In this document: positions 57,318 through 64,000 of the stretch, piece after piece | Numbering within the stretch: the first letter of the stretch is position 1 | How the letters are laid out: each line of letters starts with the position of its first letter | NCBI GenBank assembly: GCA_965223265.1 | Contig: OZ244999.1 | Coordinates: forward strand, 8,736,001-8,800,000 | Length of the DNA: 64,000 nucleotides | From: Planctomycetota bacterium | GTDB lineage: Bacteria > Planctomycetota > UBA8108 > SXIK01 | Direction: 5' to 3' | Program-made: the position numbers and the translations under genes | The notes under the pieces: model-generated | Databases searched by the model: none | Told to the model about the DNA's origin: nothing | Seen by the model: the letters and a program-made list of their open reading frames with translations, nothing else

Positions 57318-59897
57318 ATGGAAGGGAGACGTCCACGGAGGCTCAGTCGTCCTCGGGTCTTCGCAGCGCTCGTGGCTTGTGCTGGCGTCGGGCCGTTCAT
57401 TGCGGCTCAGGATTCGCTCCCTGCGTTCCCGGGCGCAGTGGGATTCGGCGCTGTATCCGTCGGTGGCCGGGGCGGTGACGTTTATCATGTTACAAGCTTG
57501 CTCGACGACGGTTCGCCGGGCACGCTGCGCCACGGAGTCGAGACGGCGACTGGGCCGCGTACGATCGTCTTCGACGTCGGCGGCACGATCGAACTTGGCT
57601 CGGTCCTGACCATCACCGCCGACGCTATGACGATCGCTGGACAGACGGCGCCCGGTGGCGGCATCACGGTGGCTAAGTATCCTACCGCGATTGCCGAATC
57701 GACCGACATCGTCGTGCGGTACATGCGTTTTCGTACGGGTGATTTCAACGCGCAGTTTCCGGGCGAAGACGGCGGGGTTGGGACGCCGGGAGTCGGTAAC
57801 GGCAACGGCGATCTGATAGGCAACAACGCGGACGCACTTCGCGTTGGAGTCGAGTCTGACCGCGTCATGATCGATCACGTCTCGACTTCGTGGAGCATGG
57901 ACGAGACGCTATCCGTTACCCGAGCGAGAAACGTCACCGTGCAGCACTCGATCATCTCCGAGAGTCTCAACGATTCGTTTCACGACGGCGGACCCCACGG
58001 CTTGGGTTCCTTGGTGCGAGGCGAAGTGACGCCGGAAGATCAAGCGAACGAGACGGGCGGTTACACGTTTTACGGAAATCTGTACGCCCACCATACGGCA
58101 CGCAATCCGGGCGCTGGACCCCAGCAGACGCTTGATCCCGGACAGACCGAAGAGGAGCGACGTTCCATTGATCTCGATTTCGTCAACAACGTGATCTACG
58201 ACTGGGGCTTTCGAGCTAGTCACACGCTCGGCGCTAAGGGGCGGATCAATTACGTAGGAAACTACCTCATCGCCGGCTCAAGCACCGCGGCAGACCAGAC
58301 GAATGTCGCTTTGCGTGCGAACGCTGCCTTCGAGGTGTTCGTCAGCGGTGTCATGATCGATAGCGATCAAGATGGCGAGAACGATCCGCTCGTCGCTGGT
58401 TCAGGAGCCTTTGTCGCAACCCTGGTGCCGCAGCCGTTTGCGGCGCCGCCGGTTGACGCGCTTGCAGCGGACGTCGCTTACCAAAGAGCTCTCGTGCAAG
58501 TCGGCGCGTCCCGCGTTCGCGACGCGATCGACGCGCGCGTCGTAGATCAGGTGATGGCCCGGACCGGCGGAGTCATCGATTCGCAGTCGCAGGTAGGTGG
58601 ATTGGTACCTATAGCAGGTGGTCCCGCACCGCTTGACTCCGACGGTGATGGCATGCCGGACGCGTTTGAATTGGCAAACGGTCTGTCGACCAGCGATCCG
58701 GAGGATCGCAATGGCACGTCACTTTCACCCGATGGATACACCAATCTCGAGATTTACCTGAATTCAATTGTCGACACTGGCGAGTTCGAGCCCTTGGCAG
58801 CGTCGTTTTCATTCGCCCTCATCGGGGAGAATGAAGCTCAGTTCAATGCCACGGCCTCGACGACCCAGGAGGGGCATTCGATCATCTCTTATGCGTGGGA
58901 TTTCGGCGACGGCATGTCGGGGAGCGACGTTGTCAGCAATCACGTCTACGATGGGCCGGGACTCTACACGGTGAAGCTCGAGGTCACCGATGACCGCGGA
59001 TTGATCTCGGCTGTTCAAGAGGAGTTGATGGTACCACTCACGGCAGGCGACGTGTCGCCCTGGACCGCCGTCGACATCGGTTCTCCTGTTTTCCCCAGCG
59101 GCGCCCGGTTCGACGGTGACTGCCTTCTGGTTTCCGCGGGCGGCCGTGGCATCACGGGTGTGAACGACGAGCTTCACTTCCTTTACCAACCCGTGCGTGG
59201 CAGCTTTCGTCTCACGGCTGAGGTCTCGGAGGTATCAAGCCAGGTGAGCGGAGCTCGGATCGGTCTCATGCTGCGAGAGAGCCTTGAGCGCAACTCGCGT
59301 AACGCAGGCGTCTTTGTCACGGCGGCTGACCCACCGACGGTGGTTTTTAGCGCACGGCGTAGCAGTGCGACGTCTACAGTAGCCGTCGACAGCGAACATC
59401 GCTGGATTCGTCTTGAGCGCGTCGGCGACGAGCTCATCGGCTCGTCGAGTGCAGATGCAGTGACATGGACTGAGATCGGTCGGCGCACGGTGGTTATGCC
59501 CGTCGAGATTCTGGGGGGCGTTGCCGCCACGGGTTCAGATCGTTTCGACGAAGGCCAGTCACTGTTCGGCAGCGTCTGCAGCATCACGACGGAACCGATT
59601 CCGGTGACATTCGTGCGTGGCGATTGTAACGGCGATGGCGAAGTGGCGGGGAACGTCTCAGACGCCGTGTTCCTCCTCCTGTTTAACTTCGGCGTCGGTG
59701 TCGAGCCCGGCTGCCTTGCGGCGTGTGATGCCAACGGCGACGGTGAGGTCACTGGCAGCGTCACCGACGCGGTATTTCTTTTGGAGCACAGCTTCCTCCT
59801 CGGCCCCAGCCCACCCGCGCCTTACCCCTCGTGCGGCCCGAGGGTCGGTGAGCTCGAGTGCCTTTTGCCGACGCCGGGGTGTGGGATTGCCGAGTGA
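57318..59897 (+). CDS. Secreted pectate lyase-like (PL1) beta-helix + PKD + ConA-like domain + dockerin-like tail
   Basis: PAFPGAVGFG..GGRGGDVYHVT, GTLR, IAGQTAPG, IDHVSTSWSMDE, DSDGDGMPD..GYTNLEIYLN; PKD YAWDFGDG; tail FVRGDCNGDG..ACDANGDG..PPAPYPSCG. Confidence 0.87.
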   Translation: MEGRRPRRLSRPRVFAALVACAGVGPFIAAQDSLPAFPGAVGFGAVSVGGRGGDVYHVTSLLDDGSPGTLRHGVETATGPRTIVFDVGGTIELGSVLTITADAMTIAGQTAPGGGITVAKYPTAIAESTDIVVRYMRFRTGDFNAQFPGEDGGVGTPGVGNGNGDLIGNNADALRVGVESDRVMIDHVSTSWSMDETLSVTRARNVTVQHSIISESLNDSFHDGGPHGLGSLVRGEVTPEDQANETGGYTFYGNLYAHHTARNPGAGPQQTLDPGQTEEERRSIDLDFVNNVIYDWGFRASHTLGAKGRINYVGNYLIAGSSTAADQTNVALRANAAFEVFVSGVMIDSDQDGENDPLVAGSGAFVATLVPQPFAAPPVDALAADVAYQRALVQVGASRVRDAIDARVVDQVMARTGGVIDSQSQVGGLVPIAGGPAPLDSDGDGMPDAFELANGLSTSDPEDRNGTSLSPDGYTNLEIYLNSIVDTGEFEPLAASFSFALIGENEAQFNATASTTQEGHSIISYAWDFGDGMSGSDVVSNHVYDGPGLYTVKLEVTDDRGLISAVQEELMVPLTAGDVSPWTAVDIGSPVFPSGARFDGDCLLVSAGGRGITGVNDELHFLYQPVRGSFRLTAEVSEVSSQVSGARIGLMLRESLERNSRNAGVFVTAADPPTVVFSARRSSATSTVAVDSEHRWIRLERVGDELIGSSSADAVTWTEIGRRTVVMPVEILGGVAATGSDRFDEGQSLFGSVCSITTEPIPVTFVRGDCNGDGEVAGNVSDAVFLLLFNFGVGVEPGCLAACDANGDGEVTGSVTDAVFLLEHSFLLGPSPPAPYPSCGPRVGELECLLPTPGCGIAE

Positions 59898-59960
59898 GCC
59901 GCTCGCGGTGAGCGTGTGCGATTGCGATTGCGATTGCGTGTTGTGCGTCTCCTAACCTAA

Positions 59961-60119
59961 CAGCCTGTTGAAAAAGTGCTTCGAGCTGAAAACTGGTCGC
60001 TTCGCGTCCAGATCGGCCGCGGCGAACGCAGGTAATCTCCGAGATTTTCGAGGCTCGCCGCGGCTGATCTGGGCGTGAAGAGGCCGGTTTCTCAGCCGAA
60101 TGACTTTTTCAACGGGCTG
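59961..60119 (-). mobile_element. MITE-A copy 3 (159 bp, inverted), CTAA target duplication
   Basis: Reverse complement of copy 2 with three substitutions; CTAA at 59957-59960 and 60120-60123. Confidence 0.9.
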
Positions 60120-60124
60120 CTAAA

Positions 60125-60146
60125 GTAGCAGGCACGGGCCGCGTGC
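60125..60146 (+). repeat. GTAG-type REP-like hairpin
   Basis: GTAGCAG-GCACG-GGCCG-CGTGC. Confidence 0.45.
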
Positions 60147-60325
60147 GTCCGGTCTGCAGCAAGGAGGTGCGTGTGCGTGCGGGTCTGCGTGTGCGTGGGA
60201 GTATCAGTACGCTGCGTCTGCCACTGCGTCCGGATCTGTGAGGGGGGGAGGAGAGCAATCTCCTTCCCCTACCTCGATTCTCTGTCTCCGTCTCGTCTCT
60301 CGCCAAGCGAGCAGCCCGTCTCCGC

Positions 60326-63300
60326 CTAAGCGATCAGCTGGCGTTCGACGAGCGACAACCCAGTCTCGAACGACAGCTCCGTGCCGGATTCCCAGGCGCG
60401 GTCGAACTCCGCAGTGCCTAGACGGTCGCGTGCGGCTTCAGGCGTGGCGGACTGCTGGCGACGGAGGCTCTCAACCAAACTCGTTTCGGTCTTTCGGAGC
60501 GTCCAAGCGAGGCCGTAAAGCTGTGCTGCCAGCTCGTCCTGAGCGCGGCTCAGTGCGACATCGCCCGCGGCTTCGAGACAGAGGATACCGACAGGCACTG
60601 GCCCCAGCTTGCCTGCGAGTTCGACACACTCAGTCAGCGTGGCGGTGGTCTCAGCGCCTTCGTTTAGCCGTGCCAGCACCGTCGTCAAATCGGCGAGATT
60701 GATTCCAACGCCGACGTGGTCGCGTAGTTCGCGACGAAAGCCGAGGCTTTCCTCGAGTGTCCGGCGGGCGCTCTCGCTGTCACCTTCGCGAAATCGCAGC
60801 AGGCCCAGGTTTCCGAGCACCCAGCTGACACCACCACGCGCGTTCAGCTGACGAAAGATGTCGAGGCTGCGTTCGAAGTGCCCGGTCGCGGCGGCGTAGT
60901 CACCTTGATCCAGTTCCATGAGACCGAGGCTGCTCAGGGCCGTGGCAACGCCGTGTTGGTCGCCCAGGGATTCGCGCGTCGCGAGCGTCTCGTCGTGGAG
61001 CTCTCTCGCTTTTTCGATGTCGCCACGGCGCTGCGCGATCCAGCCGATCGTGTTCAGAGCGTTGGCGATACCGCGTCGGTCCCCAAGCTCACGGTAAAGC
61101 TTGAGACACTCATCGAGGATCGGCTCAACCTCCTCGATGGAGTAACGTCGGCTGAAAAGCTTCACCATGGCGAGGCTCGAGAGCGCCTGAGCGACGCCGT
61201 CGCGGTCGTCGATTTCGCCGGCCATCGCCAGCGCCTCTTCGAGTCGACTCTCGGCCGCCACGTAGTCGGCCTGGTAGCGCAGCAAGACACCTGCTCCCGT
61301 CAGCAGCTTGACCCGGCTGACACTTGGCGGGGCTTTGAGGCTTAGTGCCGCTTCGGTCAATTGCCTGCCGGAGGCAAAGTTTCCCAGCACCGTCCAGAAA
61401 CGCCAAATCGGTCCAATCAGCTGCGCAGCCGCCTCCCCTGCGGGGAGCGCGCCGTCGGGATCATCGCGGCGATCTGACGTCGCGGCGTTCGCAGCGTTCG
61501 ACGAGCACCACTCGAGCGCGGCACCGATGTTGCCACGCTCCGCCTGCAGTTTGACGAGCCACTCCTGTTGGCCGTGACCCACGAGGTGTGGCTCCGCTTC
61601 GGTGGCCAAACGAGTGAAGAATGCGAGGTGCCGCCGACGCAGCTCGTCCTGCCCGCCGCGGCGAAGAAGCTCCTCCAAACCATACTGCCGTCCCGTCTCA
61701 AGCAGGCGGTAGCGACTGTGACCATCTTGCGTCTCCGAGTACGTAACGAGCGACTTCTCCACGAGGGCTGTCAGCACGTCGATGACTTCGCATTCGCCGA
61801 AGCATGGCTCGTCTGGACTGGCGGCCGAAGGCAGTTCACCGCACACGCTCTCGGCGGCCTCGAGCGAGAATCCACCTGCGAACACTGCTAGGCGGGCGAA
61901 AAGCAGCTGCTCGACATCACTGAGGAGGCGAAAACTCCAATCAAATGCGGCACGCATCGTTTGTTGCCGCGGTAGGGCCGTGCGTCGCCCCCCGGTTAGC
62001 AATCTGAAGCTTTCCGACAGTTTCGCTGCGATTTCTTCCGGTGTCATCGAGCGGACGCGTGCAGCGGCTAGCTCGAGTGCCAGTGGCAAACCGTCGAGAC
62101 GTTCGCAGATGCGTGCAATGTGCGGTGCGTTGTCGTCGGAGAGGCGAAAGCCAGGCTTGGCGGCGCGAGCACGTTCGACGAAGAGCTGGCCCGATTCCGA
62201 CGTCTCCAGCGCTGCTGCGGTAGCGTTTTCGACCGCCGAGTAGACGCTGAGCGACGGCACTAAGAACAGTGTCTCGCCGGCGATCGACAGCGCTTCACGG
62301 CTCGTCACCATCACCTTGACGTTGGGGCAGCGCTCGAGGACTTGCTCGACGAGGTCAGCGCAGGGAGCCGAGAGGTGCTCGCAGTTGTCGAGGATCACGA
62401 CACACTCCTTCGTCGCCAAACCTTCGAGAATGGTCTCGCGTGAGGAGTGTTTTCCATCTTCGCGCAGTTTCAGCGCCGCCATGAATGTCGCGTCGATCCG
62501 CTCTGGATCCATAATCGCCGAGAGGTCGACCAGCCAGGCACCGTCCGTGAATTCGGGCAGGATGTCGCGCGCGACTTGAAGCGCGAGTCGTGTCTTACCC
62601 GAGCCGCCGGCGCCGGTGAGGGTCAACAGTCTGGTCTCGCCAAAGAGCTCGGTGACCTGCTCAAGTTCGTGCTGCCGACCCACGAACGAGCTGAGAGAGC
62701 GCGGGAGGTTGTGGGGTGTCTCGCCGACGCGTTCACGCTCGACGCGGACACTCGTGGGTGTACCAAGAGCTGCGTCGATGGCGGCGTGCGCTGACGCCGC
62801 ATCCGTCAAGCGTTCGTCTGCGTTTTTCTCGAGGCAGCTCCTCAGCAGCCGTCGGATGCCCTCAGGTACATCAACAACGGCGTCCCAATTCGGCTGCGAC
62901 TGCAGTGTCGCAGCGATCAGGTCACTGAGGGTCTCGCCGCGAAATGCGCGTGCGCCCGTGAGACACTCGAAGAGGAGGCAACCAAACGCGAACAAATCGC
63001 TGCGTTGATCGACGTCGCGACCACGAATTTGTTCCGGACTCATGTAGCTCGGTGTCCCCATGATCGTCCCGGCTTGTGTCTGGAACGAGACATCGGCGCT
63101 CTCGTACGTCGGTACTTCGGTCGTCGCGACGGTAATCGTCTCGCCTGCCTCTGCAGGTTCGCCGGCGAAGGGCGAGTGGACAGACTTTGCGAGTCCGAAG
63201 TCGACGACCTTCACGACGCCTTCTAGGTTGATCAGAACGTTGTGTGGTTTGAGATCGCGGTGGACGATTCCCCGACTGTGTGCTGCGACGAGTGCTGCCG

Positions 63301-63652
63301 CGACCTGCTGGCAGATGACAAGTGCCTCCTTCGTTGCCAGGCGTGATCGCGCCAGCCTGGCGGCGAGGCTTTCGCCCTCAATCAATTCAAGAACGAGGAA
63401 TTTGCCGCCGTCCGCCGTCTCGTCGAAGCCGTAAATGGCTGCGATGTTGGGGTGGTTGAAGCGGGCGAGAAGTTTGGCCTCGCGCACGAAACGCGACAGC
63501 TGCACCGCGTCGCTGGCCAGCGACTCAGAGAGCACCTTGATCGCCACGGGACGATCGAGCCGCGGGTCGCGGGCGCGGTAGACGACGCCCATACCGCCGC
63601 GCCCGAGCTCGGCGTCGACAGGGTAGCGACCGATGGTTTCTGGGAGCGTCAT
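60326..63652 (-). CDS. Hanks-type Ser/Thr kinase + STAND-type ATPase + TPR protein
   Basis: LGRGGMGVVY, VAIKV, HRDLKP, DFGLAK and GTPSYMSPEQ; SFVGR, Walker A GAGGSGKT, Walker B VILDNCEH, LDGLPLALELAAAR; C-terminal TPRs; ATG at 63652. Confidence 0.92.
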   Translation of the reverse strand: MTLPETIGRYPVDAELGRGGMGVVYRARDPRLDRPVAIKVLSESLASDAVQLSRFVREAKLLARFNHPNIAAIYGFDETADGGKFLVLELIEGESLAARLARSRLATKEALVICQQVAAALVAAHSRGIVHRDLKPHNVLINLEGVVKVVDFGLAKSVHSPFAGEPAEAGETITVATTEVPTYESADVSFQTQAGTIMGTPSYMSPEQIRGRDVDQRSDLFAFGCLLFECLTGARAFRGETLSDLIAATLQSQPNWDAVVDVPEGIRRLLRSCLEKNADERLTDAASAHAAIDAALGTPTSVRVERERVGETPHNLPRSLSSFVGRQHELEQVTELFGETRLLTLTGAGGSGKTRLALQVARDILPEFTDGAWLVDLSAIMDPERIDATFMAALKLREDGKHSSRETILEGLATKECVVILDNCEHLSAPCADLVEQVLERCPNVKVMVTSREALSIAGETLFLVPSLSVYSAVENATAAALETSESGQLFVERARAAKPGFRLSDDNAPHIARICERLDGLPLALELAAARVRSMTPEEIAAKLSESFRLLTGGRRTALPRQQTMRAAFDWSFRLLSDVEQLLFARLAVFAGGFSLEAAESVCGELPSAASPDEPCFGECEVIDVLTALVEKSLVTYSETQDGHSRYRLLETGRQYGLEELLRRGGQDELRRRHLAFFTRLATEAEPHLVGHGQQEWLVKLQAERGNIGAALEWCSSNAANAATSDRRDDPDGALPAGEAAAQLIGPIWRFWTVLGNFASGRQLTEAALSLKAPPSVSRVKLLTGAGVLLRYQADYVAAESRLEEALAMAGEIDDRDGVAQALSSLAMVKLFSRRYSIEEVEPILDECLKLYRELGDRRGIANALNTIGWIAQRRGDIEKARELHDETLATRESLGDQHGVATALSSLGLMELDQGDYAAATGHFERSLDIFRQLNARGGVSWVLGNLGLLRFREGDSESARRTLEESLGFRRELRDHVGVGINLADLTTVLARLNEGAETTATLTECVELAGKLGPVPVGILCLEAAGDVALSRAQDELAAQLYGLAWTLRKTETSLVESLRRQQSATPEAARDRLGTAEFDRAWESGTELSFETGLSLVERQLIA

Positions 63653-64000
63653 AGAGTTGTGCCGTGTTCGTAAGTCGTGTGGTGACCATCGCATCGCTCG
63701 GCCAGAGAGACGAGCGATTCTCGTAACGAGGCGTCCATGCTGCGCGCCTCGGCCGACTCCGGGGCCGGCGCGGAACCTTGACTATACCGCCGGGCAGCGT
63801 GAGATCCATCCTGGCGGCAAGCCCCAGATCGGTCGCTCCGCGTCCGGTCGGCCGGGGTGTGACCATCGATTTCGAGCTTTCGCCAGCGTGGTCACCTCCT
63901 CGGCAGGCTGTTTCGACCGTGCAGGGTCGAGATCGCAGGGCAGAATACCCCTGGACGACGACTCACTTTCCACTGAGAATATCCGCCTCGTTCCCGCCGA

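Noticed and set aside
63700-64000. Short ORFs at the window end
   Set aside because: No recognisable motifs or RBS; probably intergenic or a truncated context.

Overview
GC-rich bacterial window, almost certainly Planctomycetota: it has two DUF1549/DUF1553 + DUF1501 gene pairs, a PVC-type CxxCH/HEAT protein and planctomycete-type dockerin-like tails. It holds about 40 CDSs and no rRNA, tRNA, CRISPR array or transposase. Family calls come from motifs recognised by eye; no database search was run. Main points: (1) a secreted, non-catalytic dockerin-cohesin-dockerin-cohesin-dockerin protein plus two secreted dockerin-tailed proteins (LTD/CotH kinase and a pectate-lyase-like enzyme), a candidate cellulosome-like or self-polymerising surface assembly; (2) a MamK-like actin with altered ATPase motifs, preceded by a small acidic ORF and with no other mam genes; (3) three copies of a ~160-bp hairpin MITE, each with its own YTAR 4-bp target duplication, and a second MITE stacked at the same CTAG inside the last codons of phoD; (4) a split lvaABCD/ACAD10-11-like 4-hydroxy-acid catabolism module; (5) a cytochrome c/HEAT/beta-propeller protein fused to a GH33 sialidase; (6) a giant TPR protein with a C39-like protease core; (7) dispersed intergenic hexamer-period repeats; (8) a 1-nt frameshift in a DUF1549/DUF1553 gene.
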